Positions 26,501-36,600 of a stretch of 64,000 nt of DNA are shown here, piece after piece. Within the stretch, counting starts at the first letter, position 1; each line of letters begins with the position of its first letter. The position numbers were made by a program, and so were the translations under genes. The notes under the pieces were generated by a model. It was given only the letters and a program-made list of their open reading frames with translations, was not told the origin of the DNA and ran no database searches. This DNA is from Escherichia phage YX22: the sequence record OR776998. The stretch is one strand, 5' to 3'.

Positions 26501-28388
26501 CCGCATCGCGTTGACCACCGTCCAGAGTGAAGTTAGAGGTGACGTCAGCGCCATTTGCGTTCTTCACGCTGATCAGCTTGTAACCATCATGGTTCCCAAG
26601 TTGTGCGCTGGCTGTCGCAGTAAACGTCACAGTCTCGGTGGCTTCGGTAACAGTCTTGGTCTTGATCGTCGCTGTGGTGCGGACCATCAATGCCAACAGG
26701 TTGATAGACTGGTTGGCGTACCCCGCGCCCAGGGAAATCTGCAGTGCTGAACCAACCGGAGTACCAGCCAGAGACAGTCCCGAAGAGATATCAAACTGAG
26801 CTGCAGTGCCATCTGCTTTCGCTGCGGAGTACAGTGAAAACTCAGGGCTGAAGCTGTAACCCAGAGGAGCAGAAATTGAGCCTGCACCAGCAGCGTTCAA
26901 CGTGATCTTGTTTGACCGCAGGACAGTGTAGTTGATGTCGATGGTGCCTGTAGGTGCTAGAGTCTTCACACCAAATACAGGCAGAGGGAAGATCAGGTCA
27001 ATTGCTGAACTCTGACTGAACTGATTGGACTCCAGTTCGCAGGAGAACATCGTTGTACCGCTTTCTTCATAAGCGACTTTGGTAACAGTACCCATGTCCC
27101 CAGTCACAACCAGGTCGCGCATATACAGACGGAATTCAGTACCAGAGCGCTCTGCCGAAATCAGCAGGGCGGTGGCCTGCACATCGCTGGATGCGTTCAG
27201 GAACTTGTAGCGGATTGTGCGGGAGACAACCGGAACCCCTTTGGAGTTCTTGGACACCAGATAGTTGCCAGTCGAAACAGCCACAGGGTTGTTGTTCAGG
27301 ATATCAGTGTCACGGGCTTTGTCAATTATGACCAGCTCTTCGCCGAGGTTTTCGATACGACGACCACGAACGTAGGAAATGCCTGGCTTCATAACCGCCA
27401 CGAATTTGCTTTCATCACCACCTTCAGCCGGAGTGTAAACGCCGCCGTTGTTGTTCTGTTTCAGATGTTCGCGCAGGTCGATCTGGTGAGTAGAGACGTT
27501 GTAGTCACCATTGGTCTCATAGGTACGCTGAGCCATGGCGTCTTCGAGGATGTTGTACGTTGACTGGGTGACCATGGACTGAACACGACCGTCTTTCACC
27601 TTCGCCAGTTCAACGAAGTCGGCCACTTCTTCATCATAACCGTAGCGAGACAACACGAGGTCGACGCGCAGGCGATGCGCACCAGGGGCTTTAGAGTTCG
27701 GAGTACCCTGAGCATTGGAGAACAGACTTTCATCTTCTGCTTCGGTCACGATTGTTTCTGTAACTTTGAAGCCAATGCGGTGAGATGTAGAGTTCGATGC
27801 GTTGTCTACGATCAGAGTGGCTGGTTCAACATCCAGGAACATACCACGAACGAAATAAACACCCTTTGTCATGCGAGCGACAATCGAACCGCCAACAGTA
27901 TCGGCCACACCATAGCCGACACGGATGAAGTTATCGTTCACGTCATAGGTGTTGAAATATAGATTGTCGCCAGCTTCGAAACCGTCTGAACTACCACTCT
28001 CAGTCATCTCTAAGATGGCATACATTGTATCTGGCTCAGCCGGATAACGTTCCAAGGACAGGACGCGTGCTTTCGCATTGTTGTCCTTGCCCAGAACATA
28101 GAGTTCGGAGATACCTTCCAGATCAGTGAACTCACTACCACCAGCCAGAGTGAACTTCATGGACACAGCAGTGTTGGTGATCGTTAGGCCGCCGGGGATA
28201 ACCATTGAACCGTCTTTGAACAGATGGTTGCCAAGTTTCTCCAGTTGATCCTGGAAGATGGTCTGCATCTGGTTCAGTTCACGCGTCTGAACTTTGATAG
28301 GTGCCGGACGGAATAGGATGCGCGAAAAACGCTTCTCTGGATTCCAGTCATCCCAATATGGGCGGCGGTTGAGGTTCATTTCTTGCAT
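23550..28388 (-). CDS. very large virion protein (1612 aa), baseplate/tail component candidate
   Basis: Single uninterrupted ORF; start at ATG 28388 with GGAGCA SD; late motif ACTAAATATC upstream; no recognisable motifs. Confidence 0.65.
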   Translation of the reverse strand: MQEMNLNRRPYWDDWNPEKRFSRILFRPAPIKVQTRELNQMQTIFQDQLEKLGNHLFKDGSMVIPGGLTITNTAVSMKFTLAGGSEFTDLEGISELYVLGKDNNAKARVLSLERYPAEPDTMYAILEMTESGSSDGFEAGDNLYFNTYDVNDNFIRVGYGVADTVGGSIVARMTKGVYFVRGMFLDVEPATLIVDNASNSTSHRIGFKVTETIVTEAEDESLFSNAQGTPNSKAPGAHRLRVDLVLSRYGYDEEVADFVELAKVKDGRVQSMVTQSTYNILEDAMAQRTYETNGDYNVSTHQIDLREHLKQNNNGGVYTPAEGGDESKFVAVMKPGISYVRGRRIENLGEELVIIDKARDTDILNNNPVAVSTGNYLVSKNSKGVPVVSRTIRYKFLNASSDVQATALLISAERSGTEFRLYMRDLVVTGDMGTVTKVAYEESGTTMFSCELESNQFSQSSAIDLIFPLPVFGVKTLAPTGTIDINYTVLRSNKITLNAAGAGSISAPLGYSFSPEFSLYSAAKADGTAAQFDISSGLSLAGTPVGSALQISLGAGYANQSINLLALMVRTTATIKTKTVTEATETVTFTATASAQLGNHDGYKLISVKNANGADVTSNFTLDGGQRDAAYYLSNLISSTGAISGTFTVVYQYFAHSSGDFFTADSYSSINYPDIPNYVSSSSGTVYGLADSLDFRPKITSGASDTDMVRPNTAIILDAEYYLPRIDAVYLADNGVFNVARGVSSNNLASPAIPDNGMRLYELMIPPYTANIDDIQIRTIDNRRYTMRDIGKLETRISNVEYYTSLSQLESSAMSQQVFDPITGNPRFKNGIAADPFKDFRLIDDLSADWVGSIDTDNGRLRPFVQQNAIDLTPVGWNNVQDGMVVCNYTREISVRQDYATTTINVNPYAVFNWEGFLKLNPTTDYWFENYYVTPRVINETINTRGAIKEGSVYGTWRTVSVSERVWEPHGAGGVWWGYRYRTTVSTRDVTTYTYTDKTTTTLTGEQIVETQVIPYMRKTNINFEATGLRPFTRVYPFFSGRDVSAYCTPNGGALGGALNTDANGNIKGVFAVPQNETIKFNTGDNVFRLTDSPVDSKSADDTLTNAEAVHKSFGKKQGIQKTYVNTRVLGYTATKSTENKTETVEVAKWKDPIAQSFMVATNIGGEYIEGIEVFFSTKSRDIPITLEIREMSNGLPATTVVTRKTLNPSEVSVSTDSSVPTMFKFDYPVYLQAQTEFAIVLLANTQDYNAYIAEMGKKNLLTNEFIAKQPYTGVFFTSSNGTTWTPNQTADMKFRVYRCNFSAGSNIVTFDAKVGPKIRPLGLNTVKCVNGSSTVTVYAPGHGLTAGESVTLSGLTGGCGFTPEQLNAQHTVTDATFTTFKFVLSSNADSDGQIGGEAASFLGNYLVDMFYASVTNSALEGSVLKLEYRYRDATSNSFSDWVEFESDTDVSLPTEGIYRQVGDFQVRATMTRNESNVYTAPMIDGDDFTIIFNTYGVDPFEDVFSYVTKDIGFDNPCTTLKQYFGAMLPSQSSMTVQVKLLRAGQEMDNVAWETVTPTSPLVNDGSAFFEYEYDKTVDSTNPFVGLKIRLLVRGNRIAPPSFKDFRLIALA

Positions 28389-28420
28389 TTTGATGCTCCA
28401 TCGATAGGTGCCATTATAGA

Positions 28421-28436
28421 GATATTTAGTATACAA
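28421..28436 (-). promoter_or_regulatory. late-promoter-like motif upstream of 1612-aa protein gene
   Basis: Minus strand TATACTAAATATCTC about 35 nt before ATG 28388. Confidence 0.45.
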
Positions 28437-28457
28437 CCAACCGAGGAATAGAAAGAA

Positions 28458-28482
28458 ATAAGCCCGAAGGGGCTTTGATTAT
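28458..28482 (-). terminator. hairpin terminator upstream of late promoter of the 1612-aa gene
   Basis: Minus strand AAGCCCC-TTCG-GGGCTT then ATTTCTTTCT. Confidence 0.5.
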
Positions 28483-28524
28483 CTTTCTGTGGTTATGGTC
28501 ATGGATTCGAGACCTCTGCCATTC

Positions 28525-28626
28525 ATGGTAGATGGTATTCAATTAGGTATGTTTAATATATCAGGTCAGACTATTACCTTAACTGCTGTATCGATTAGGG
28601 TAATGCAAACAGTAAACTCTATATAA
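28525..28626 (+). CDS. micro-ORF copy A (33 aa), antisense between tailspike 1 and the large virion protein
   Basis: MVDGIQLGMFNISGQTITLTAVSIRVMQTVNSI; differs from copy B almost only at third codon positions; no SD seen. Confidence 0.3.
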   Translation: MVDGIQLGMFNISGQTITLTAVSIRVMQTVNSI

Positions 28627-28650
28627 AAAGTATTATTAATAAGTAAAAAC
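28525..28650. repeat. ~126-nt direct repeat, copy 1 (about 94% identical to 33523..33648)
   Basis: Aligned by eye; 8 substitutions, 7 at codon position 3 of the plus-strand frame. Confidence 0.7.
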
Positions 28651-28680
28651 AACCCCATAGAAGTGGGGTTGTTTTTAAGT
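28651..28680. terminator. bidirectional terminator after tailspike 1
   Basis: AACAACCCCA-TAGAAG-TGGGGTTGTT with TTTTT (plus) and TTTAC (minus). Confidence 0.6.
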
Positions 28681-28689
28681 GATTATTAC

Positions 28690-30603
28690 TTACATAACAA
28701 CTGCGGCAGATATGTATCCTGAATCTTGATACGATCCAGAAAGGTCAAAAACTTCTAAGTTAAAAGAGTCAGGGGATGTACTTACGGCATTAATTACTAA
28801 TTTCCCTCCGCTAGTGGTATTGCCAACACTGCATAAAACAGCATAAGCAGAGGAGGGCATAGTATTAGATAGGTTGACGGTATATTTACCGGTCCCGGTT
28901 TTAGTTACAGTTGCTCCATCCGCATACACTAACGACCCCGAAATTCCATTAAAATTGATCATTGCCCGTGTACATGCACTCGACCTTTTTGCGACGGTAG
29001 ACCCAATAAATGCGTATTCTTGGGCCTTGTTAATATAAATCTTATTAACAGAAGTGTCAGGTACTTGTAAGACGTTGTCTATAACAACATTACAGGCTGT
29101 TGCTCCAGATACGGTAGAGCATCTATCTATCTCATAATTGTCGATATTAATAGCCCTTACAAAACCTATACCCCCAAATGCTGACCAGTTTTGTTTAACA
29201 AGAACACCGGAAATACCGGACAGGAAAATAAGATCGCCTGTCGTATCTTTGCTAAACGTGTTGTTGGTTATTGAAACAGAAGAAGAACGCGGTGAGTGAC
29301 TATCATCTGCAACATATACCCTGGCTAAAGAAGAAGCAGTATTCTCTTCAAAGTAGTTACCATCTACCAGTAACTGCTGTGCACCCCCGGCGACAACACC
29401 TACGTCATAGCCCGTGTTTGCTTCAAATAGAGAGTCTCTGACTATGAAATTTCGTACACTACTTGCAGTACCTGAGTCTCCGATAAGAACACCGTTAACA
29501 CCATCAAAGAAAGTACAATTATCAACTTTAACTACGTTGATATCTACCTTTGACGTTTTTACACCATTTGCACATTTAGCGAAATAGCATGAAGTTAGTT
29601 CAGCTACTCCGGAAAAATAGTCTGGGCTATCGTAATGTAAATAGACCCCATATCGAGCGTTTCTGACAACGCAATCTTGAAGTTTTAAATACCAAGCCCC
29701 ACCGAAATCAAAGCCATCAGATGATGAATCCTGGATATCCAGAAAAAGTCCAGAAATCTTAGCTCCTATCGCACCACCTTGAACCCGAATGGCGGGTGAC
29801 GCTAACCCGGTAAACTTAATTACTGAACCTGTTGTTTGGTCATTAACATGTCCAAAACTATTACCAACAATACATAGACTATCAGTGGCAGTTATGATTA
29901 AAGTAGAGCTTATAAGATAAATACCATCCGGTATGTATAAACTCTTTTTCGAATCTATTGCTGCCTGAAACGCGGCGGTATCATCGGTCACACCGTCGCC
30001 AACAGCCCCGAAGTCCTTGACTGACACCAGGTCTTTATTTTTATCATATAGTGTTCGCTTAATGGAGTTGGCCAGAGGTGACTTAAATCCGACCAGACCA
30101 GCGCCATCATCAGATGCAAGATTGATTCTCAAGGCTGCATCACCAACACTAACCCATTTGCCTAACCCAGTACCACCAGCACTTTCAGGAGTTGAGCCAG
30201 AAGAAACGGTTTTAGGTAACTCGCCATCCCAGCGATACTTACCTGTTGTATGGGTAAGCAATTCATTTTTAACATTAAGTGTAGCACCAGTGTCAAACGA
30301 CCCAGGCAATGTAACGTATTCTTCACGGGATACGGCTAATTCCCCAAGATCTATGGAACCAGCTGAATGTACAAGTACAGCATTAGTACCAAGACTTACA
30401 GCAGTAGTTCCTGCCGGAAGTACAGGTAATGAGTAAGCTCGTTGAGTAGTCTTATCGTAAATGACCTTGTAACCACCTAAGTCTACACCTACAGCAAAGT
30501 AGACTACTTCATTCTGCTTAACACCAAACTTACGGGCAATGGCTTGCTTATTGGTAAGAATACCAGTGGAGCCTTTACCACCTTGGGAGAACATCTCGTT
30601 CAT
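28690..30603 (-). CDS. tailspike 1 (637 aa)
   Basis: N-terminal module VVYF..GYKVIYD..TQRAYSLP..LGELAVSREEYVTLPGSFDTGATLNVKNELLTH shared with tailspikes 3 and 4; beta-helix-like C-terminus. Confidence 0.8.
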   Translation of the reverse strand: MNEMFSQGGKGSTGILTNKQAIARKFGVKQNEVVYFAVGVDLGGYKVIYDKTTQRAYSLPVLPAGTTAVSLGTNAVLVHSAGSIDLGELAVSREEYVTLPGSFDTGATLNVKNELLTHTTGKYRWDGELPKTVSSGSTPESAGGTGLGKWVSVGDAALRINLASDDGAGLVGFKSPLANSIKRTLYDKNKDLVSVKDFGAVGDGVTDDTAAFQAAIDSKKSLYIPDGIYLISSTLIITATDSLCIVGNSFGHVNDQTTGSVIKFTGLASPAIRVQGGAIGAKISGLFLDIQDSSSDGFDFGGAWYLKLQDCVVRNARYGVYLHYDSPDYFSGVAELTSCYFAKCANGVKTSKVDINVVKVDNCTFFDGVNGVLIGDSGTASSVRNFIVRDSLFEANTGYDVGVVAGGAQQLLVDGNYFEENTASSLARVYVADDSHSPRSSSVSITNNTFSKDTTGDLIFLSGISGVLVKQNWSAFGGIGFVRAINIDNYEIDRCSTVSGATACNVVIDNVLQVPDTSVNKIYINKAQEYAFIGSTVAKRSSACTRAMINFNGISGSLVYADGATVTKTGTGKYTVNLSNTMPSSAYAVLCSVGNTTSGGKLVINAVSTSPDSFNLEVFDLSGSYQDSGYISAAVVM

Positions 30604-30621
30604 AACAACCTCTTTGTTTTT

Positions 30622-30648
30622 CTAGTAAACCACCCCTTATGGGGGTGG
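30622..30648 (-). terminator. terminator after tailspike 2
   Basis: Minus strand CCACCCC-CATAA-GGGGTGG then TTT. Confidence 0.45.
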
Positions 30649-30660
30649 GGGAGTAGTTGA

Positions 30661-33324
30661 TTAGCTTAATGGTTTTACTTCCCATCGCTTGTCATAGTAA
30701 TGTGCAAAACCACAGTAGGATACAGACAGATGAACGATTGCATTTACTAGGCTTGCTGTAGGTAATGCAATTCTGACAAATGTTTTACCGTCACGTACCA
30801 GTTTAGTTACTGTTACCCCGGAAAGAGATTTATCACCAGCAATCATATTAGACCAGACTGCACCAGAGGCTACATTTTCCTGTGTGCTACCGGATAGCCC
30901 AAACAGAATACTGCCCCCTGATTCAGTACCAGCCAAACCATTTTTGTTAACTGGAATGATATCTGCACGCCCAGCAACGAAGCAACCATCTGGGATTTTA
31001 GTCTCTTCCCCTACAGCACAGAGAAATATATCCAAAGCCCTGTTCCATGGAACCAGTACAGTAGCTTCCTTGTGGTCAACACTCCGGAAGAACGAACTGC
31101 TATTAGAGTGAATTGCCGACAAAGTAGTGCCTGTATATGAGTTACGACCCTGTACAATATCTTCTCCATATACCCTGCCCCGGTAAAGGTTACCACGGTT
31201 ATATGTAGATATTGTGTAGGAACCATCGCTAACTTTTAAAAATTCAAAATTACTATTTAATGTAACACTACGCCCAATATACTGGTTACTTGGAGAAGTG
31301 GTATTCTCCATCAATTTGATAGCATAGTCAGAGTTAACGTAACCACTGTCAAAGATAATCCTACCAGCCTGGTACTCATTAGTAGGTAACTCAATAAAAT
31401 GAGTTACACCAGTATTCATTTTAGACTGAATCCAACAAGAAACATCTCTGAATACGATTGTTGTTTGTGCAGCAGGGGAAGCTAACTGTGAGAAGTCTAA
31501 TGCCACTGGCCCATTTATCCCTTCAATACCGAAGCCAGAGAATGAGAGGCTACGAATATCTCCATAAAATTTATGAGGTAAAATGCAACCATCTGCTGCA
31601 ATGTTGCTAGTAGCAACATACATGACAGGCAATCCATTACTGACTGGCTCATATGTAGTACGGTTAATGGCAGCTCCCCATAAAAAACCAATGTCACAAT
31701 GGTGTGCCCAAATAGATGACATATCCGTACTAGTGCTTCCATTGATACCAAAACCATAGGTACAGTCATATGCATACAAATTGGTCATAACACTAACAAA
31801 GCAAGCCATAGGCAAAGCGAACTTATAGTGGTAAAAGTCCACATCATGCACATTAAATGTCTTACCGCCACCACCTATGCCATTGCTTAAATCGAATGAA
31901 CTAATAACAAGAGGACTACCTACGTAATCAGAATCAGCATTTCGGAAAGAGAGGCGACCAATAGTAATATTGTGTCCCCATCTGGTAGAGATGAATCCAC
32001 CCTTACCTGATGTATAAATAATACTTTGTCTCTGACCAAGACCCGTAATGGATAGAGATCTGCCAGTCCAACGCTGATTGCTAATATCAATCTGTGTATC
32101 ACCAATATACATTGGTTGGGTAATTTTGATATTCAACCCATTAGCTACAGCATATGAATAGGTTGCTAACAAAGCATCCCCATCATTGTGCACACCAGTC
32201 AGGTCAGCAGCCCCCATACTTGGTGCTTTAGGATACGGACCGCCCTGAATGGTGCTGCCGTCGATATATGGGGCGTCCATCCACGCACCAAACATAGATG
32301 GGGTAACTTCGGTGCTACCACGTAAATCACGTACCCAACGTTTGCCGGATGCAGTAACAATAGTCATACCATTATCATCTGCTGATGTAACAGATGGTTT
32401 ATATACAAAATACCCGCCACCTAAATCACCGGCATTGGTTGCAATCATACCGTCAGTATGGGCTTCTACGTAAATACGTTGTTCAGCATAGGTAGGCTCA
32501 ATTGTTCGCAGTACTGCAATATTGGGGCATGTACCAATCAGCTTACTACCATCAGGCTTGCTCAGGTCTTCTCTGAGACTAGCACCAGAATTTGGGACTT
32601 CCATCAAATCTACGGTAATGTTACCTGGACTGTAGGTTAACTGACCATTAGACACAGAACTAATATAGACATTGGTCGGTAATGAAGGCAGGCCATAAAT
32701 TTTCTGAGCAGCTGCATCGAAGATAACTTTCTTGTTATCGAGTACTTGAGATGTATCCGTATTAAGAATTACCTCAGAATCTTTTACATTAGCTGAACGA
32801 GCGATTTCTTGAATACTTCGGTCAAACAACGGACTGATATTCGGTTGTTTAACAGACATTTCAGCGACTACCCAAACGCCTGCAGTCAGCGCAGTTTGTA
32901 AAGACACTTTCCCTGTCGTGCTGTCATAGGAATATTCAATTTCTGGTGTTTTGTACTCACCACCGATATAAAGAGATTGGACTCCATAAGATGTGTAATC
33001 AGGAGTGAACTCGGTTTCACCTCCTATAGCCTGAAACTTATAGATTCGAATCCCGGTTTTATAATCTTCTGGAGACAGAATCTTATCAAACAGACAGAAC
33101 ACAACGTCACCTTTGGATAATGCACACCCGAGATTCAACGTATTTCCATCGATTTCAAAGTTGTCTAACGGAACTTGCATACCACCGTTGATTGTGACTA
33201 TACCCGTGACAGGGTAGAAAGGGAGGGAGATAAACTTCTCTCCGCCCGTTGCTGTGTAAGTGTATGGAATCTGGTGCGGAGCTGTTACGACCGCTCCAAA
33301 GATGCTCTCGACGTTTCTGGTCAT
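30661..33324 (-). CDS. tailspike 2 (887 aa)
   Basis: Start at second ATG with GGGG SD; own late motif and terminator; long N-terminal region then repetitive beta-rich domain. Confidence 0.75.
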   Translation of the reverse strand: MTRNVESIFGAVVTAPHQIPYTYTATGGEKFISLPFYPVTGIVTINGGMQVPLDNFEIDGNTLNLGCALSKGDVVFCLFDKILSPEDYKTGIRIYKFQAIGGETEFTPDYTSYGVQSLYIGGEYKTPEIEYSYDSTTGKVSLQTALTAGVWVVAEMSVKQPNISPLFDRSIQEIARSANVKDSEVILNTDTSQVLDNKKVIFDAAAQKIYGLPSLPTNVYISSVSNGQLTYSPGNITVDLMEVPNSGASLREDLSKPDGSKLIGTCPNIAVLRTIEPTYAEQRIYVEAHTDGMIATNAGDLGGGYFVYKPSVTSADDNGMTIVTASGKRWVRDLRGSTEVTPSMFGAWMDAPYIDGSTIQGGPYPKAPSMGAADLTGVHNDGDALLATYSYAVANGLNIKITQPMYIGDTQIDISNQRWTGRSLSITGLGQRQSIIYTSGKGGFISTRWGHNITIGRLSFRNADSDYVGSPLVISSFDLSNGIGGGGKTFNVHDVDFYHYKFALPMACFVSVMTNLYAYDCTYGFGINGSTSTDMSSIWAHHCDIGFLWGAAINRTTYEPVSNGLPVMYVATSNIAADGCILPHKFYGDIRSLSFSGFGIEGINGPVALDFSQLASPAAQTTIVFRDVSCWIQSKMNTGVTHFIELPTNEYQAGRIIFDSGYVNSDYAIKLMENTTSPSNQYIGRSVTLNSNFEFLKVSDGSYTISTYNRGNLYRGRVYGEDIVQGRNSYTGTTLSAIHSNSSSFFRSVDHKEATVLVPWNRALDIFLCAVGEETKIPDGCFVAGRADIIPVNKNGLAGTESGGSILFGLSGSTQENVASGAVWSNMIAGDKSLSGVTVTKLVRDGKTFVRIALPTASLVNAIVHLSVSYCGFAHYYDKRWEVKPLS

Positions 33325-33339
33325 TTGAAGATACCCCAT

Positions 33340-33400
33340 AGAGGATTTGCCAATATGGGGTATTTAGTCTGAACTAATAAATTTATGAACAAAGGTATAA
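33340..33400. repeat. conserved tailspike promoter/leader cassette, copy 1 (matches 36710..36780)
   Basis: CTTGTTATACCTTTGTTCATAAATTTATTAGTTCAG..CTAAATACCCCATATTGG..TATGGGGTAT shared. Confidence 0.6.
33352..33367 (-). promoter_or_regulatory. late-promoter-like motif upstream of tailspike 2
   Basis: Minus strand GACTAAATACCCCATATTGG then TATGGGGTAT SD region. Confidence 0.5.
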
Positions 33401-33522
33401 CAAGGAGAACCAATGGAACTACAATAGTAGGTTCAGATGCCAGTACCAAAGTTCAGGGTGTAGATATAGCCAACAGGGATAACGTTTTAGCTACTTACAC
33501 ACTAGGTTCAGCAGACCCTTTC

Positions 33523-33624
33523 ATGGTGGATGGTATACAGTTAGGTATGTTCAACATATCAGGTCAGACTATTACCTTAACTGCTGTATCAGTAAGGGTA
33601 ATGCAAACAGTAAACTCTATATAA
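33523..33624 (+). CDS. micro-ORF copy B (C-terminal 33 codons of track ORF 33385..33624)
   Basis: Same peptide with I to V change; 6 of 7 differing codons synonymous. Confidence 0.3.
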   Translation: MVDGIQLGMFNISGQTITLTAVSVRVMQTVNSI

Positions 33625-33648
33625 AAAGTATTATTAATAAGTAAAAAC
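33523..33648. repeat. ~126-nt direct repeat, copy 2
   Basis: See copy 1. Confidence 0.7.
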
Positions 33649-33672
33649 TAACCCCGCCGAAGCGGGGTTTTG
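33640..33672 (-). terminator. terminator after tailspike 3
   Basis: Minus strand AACCCCGC-TTCG-GCGGGGTT then AGTTTTTACTT. Confidence 0.55.
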
Positions 33673-33676
33673 TTTA

Positions 33677-36600
33677 TTACTTCTGTTCAAGAGCAGAAAG
33701 TCTGGCTTCGATTCTTTCCAGTTTTCTTCGCTGATAAGCAGCTTCAGCAAAGAAAATTCCGTCAGGCCGCACGCCCCACTCCTCACCCTCTTCGTGAATA
33801 ACCACCTCAGTGAATACAGGCTCTTCCGTGGTGGTGACATTACCCTCCTCGTCAGTGTGTTCAACGATTTCATTGTGCGAAAATACCATATCGGTCATCC
33901 GTGGATACTTGTCATAGCACAGAACGGCATAACGACAATCCGTACTGTTTTCGTCCATCAGACCATGTGCAATGAATACATCACGAATTTGCTGAGCAAT
34001 AACCCCGAAGTGAATACGAGCTTCATTGCCTTTCAGTTGAACAGCATCTAACCACTGGTACATGATGTAGTGAACGTCACCCCAGGCATCCAGGAAAGCA
34101 TCATCAAAAACTACCGGCTCCGTTTTCTTCTCTCCGTTAGAAGTAACAATAGGGTTGCTTCCGAGGTATGCAGTGGTGAAACGGTTGCTGGGCCCACCAA
34201 GAGCAATAGCGTTATCGTTATAAGGCTTAACATCAGCAGTCTGGAACAGGTGCTCAGCTCCGTTGTAAACTATCCTGCGAGAAGCTGTGTTATTCGCACC
34301 GTAAAGCGTAATCTGTGCACCAGTAGAAGAACTGGTTCCTTCTCCACCGCAAAATATGGTGCGCTGTCCTGCTGGGTTATTAGTAGGTACAGATTTCCCA
34401 ATAAACCCATACTCGCCTTCCAGTAGCATTTCAGAGCGAATGTTATTACTGGTGCTGGCCCTAAGGGTCACATGACCTAAACCCAAATCTCCTGTAAATT
34501 CCATTGGCGCAGGGACAGTGCGAACCCCATTCGTATCAAAAAACACGGGAACAGCTCTGTCAGGTACAGCACCATATCTGAAATCCCTGGAAACACGATT
34601 GTCTGGGCCAATCTTCATTTTGTAGCAATACAAATCTGAGGGATGACCATCTGATTTGAATGGGTCTTTCGCTGAGTTATCTCCATATGTCCAGGGGTTC
34701 AGATGGTCTTCCCCACCGAACATGTAATAGATATAACTATCCTTAACAACCACTGAGCCAACACCGACTCCAGAGTTGACAATACCGCCCTGATAAATCT
34801 GGTCAGTGATATTCACCCACTGAGTATTATCCAGGTTCCAGGTGTCTAGGTTCACTCGCGTGTAGAACGTTCGTGGATAAGAAGTAAAGTATCGTTGATC
34901 AGGTACATTGGCTTCCCATTCGTTATCAGCACGCTCTGTGGCGAAAATGATTAGTTCATTACCGACTTTAGCGAACGGCAACGTAGAGTGGTGAACATTA
35001 TTAGGAAATCTGAGTGATTCCCAAGTCATGCCCAAATCATGACTACGATGCAACGAACTCCCCAAACGATCTGAACGAGTACCACGAGTTAAGACATAAA
35101 GAACGCCATCAAAATATTTAACGCAAGGCTCTGCCGCATCAGGTTCATAATCAGCAGGAATACGACGTTTTTGGTATAAACCCGGGTTATTAAACGCATC
35201 CGGGAAATACAACATGCCAACTTCACGAGGAGCAACATCACCTTGGTGATACCCCATCATGAATGAATCATTATTGATGGCGGTAAAACTATGAACTTCA
35301 GTCACCATTGGGATTAACCCAAGGCTGGTTTTACGCCACGGCGACTCATGGAACGATGTACCCATATGCCAACGGCTGGTAGAATTATTTTGGTCAAACG
35401 CCTGTTGATTTGGCGTGGTAACTGTGAAAGTGTTGCGGTCAATAACTGAAGTTACAGTCATATTCCCTGAAACTCCAGTCACCCCAGAGTTTGAGAAGTT
35501 AACAAAATCCCCAGCAAAAAGACCGTGTTCAGGGATAGTAATTACAGCCACAGGCTGGTTGGCGGCTTTAGTGATACCGCCTGTCGGATGGTAGTTACGG
35601 GACATGGGGCGATCCCACAACTCACAGGTTACCAGTGCGTTAGATGCCAATGTACGGGTCTCAATCATCGCAAAGAGACGATTACGCATCACCCCCATAC
35701 TCATGCAGTGGTAGTTAACTGTCGGATAGTCAGGATGTAGGTCGGTTAACCACTCCGGGGTTGTCCAGGTCTGTCCGTCATCCCCTGAACGAACCCAGGA
35801 TACATGCAGCCTGCTAACCCCATGTCTATCACTAGCCATGAACGGACAGTAAATAACATCGTCGTAAACGAACGCTTTATCTTGTGGCCACGCATTGTAA
35901 TAAGGGGTGTCCGTTATTTTGAACAGCTCGCCCTGAACAAATTCTTCAGAGGCATAATAAAGCGGCTGACCAGGAATACGCTCATAAACAAAACGAGTGT
36001 TGACGAATCGACTAATGTCAGGCAAGGATGTGACCTTATATGTCTTCCCATTGCCATTAATTTTCTGACCAACTGGTGCGGCGTTTAATACGCCATTAAG
36101 CGCTGAGGTGTCATCGGTGACCCCATCACCTTTTGCATTCCACCCGCGCGGGTCGAATGTGTCTCTCCATCTTGCGATCTGCAAATCTGGATATTTTGTT
36201 GCGCCATCAGGGTCAGAAAGCTGGCTTCTTAATGAAGCATCACCAACACTAACCCATGCACCAGTTCCAGTGCCACCAGTACTCCCAGGAGTTGAACCAG
36301 CTGGAACTGTTTTAGGGAATTCACCCTCCCAACGATACTTACCCGCTACATGAGTAAGGAGTTCATTTTTAACATTAAGTGTAGCACCAGTATCAAACGA
36401 CCCAGGTAAAGTCACATATTCTTCGCGACTTACGGCTAACTCCCCAAGGTCTACAGAACCAGCCGAATGAGCGAGGATTGCCTGTTCGTTCAGACTAACA
36501 GCAGTCGTTCCTGAAACAATACCTGAAGGAAGAGAATAAGCCCGTTGGGTAGACTCATCATAAATTACTTTAAATCCACTGAGATCAATACCAGCAGTGA

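Noticed and set aside
33385-33522. N-terminal part of ORF 33385..33624 (MNKGITR...)
   Set aside because: Its ATG region is duplicated at 36761 where the frame closes after ~25 codons, so that conservation is better explained by the minus-strand promoter/leader cassette.
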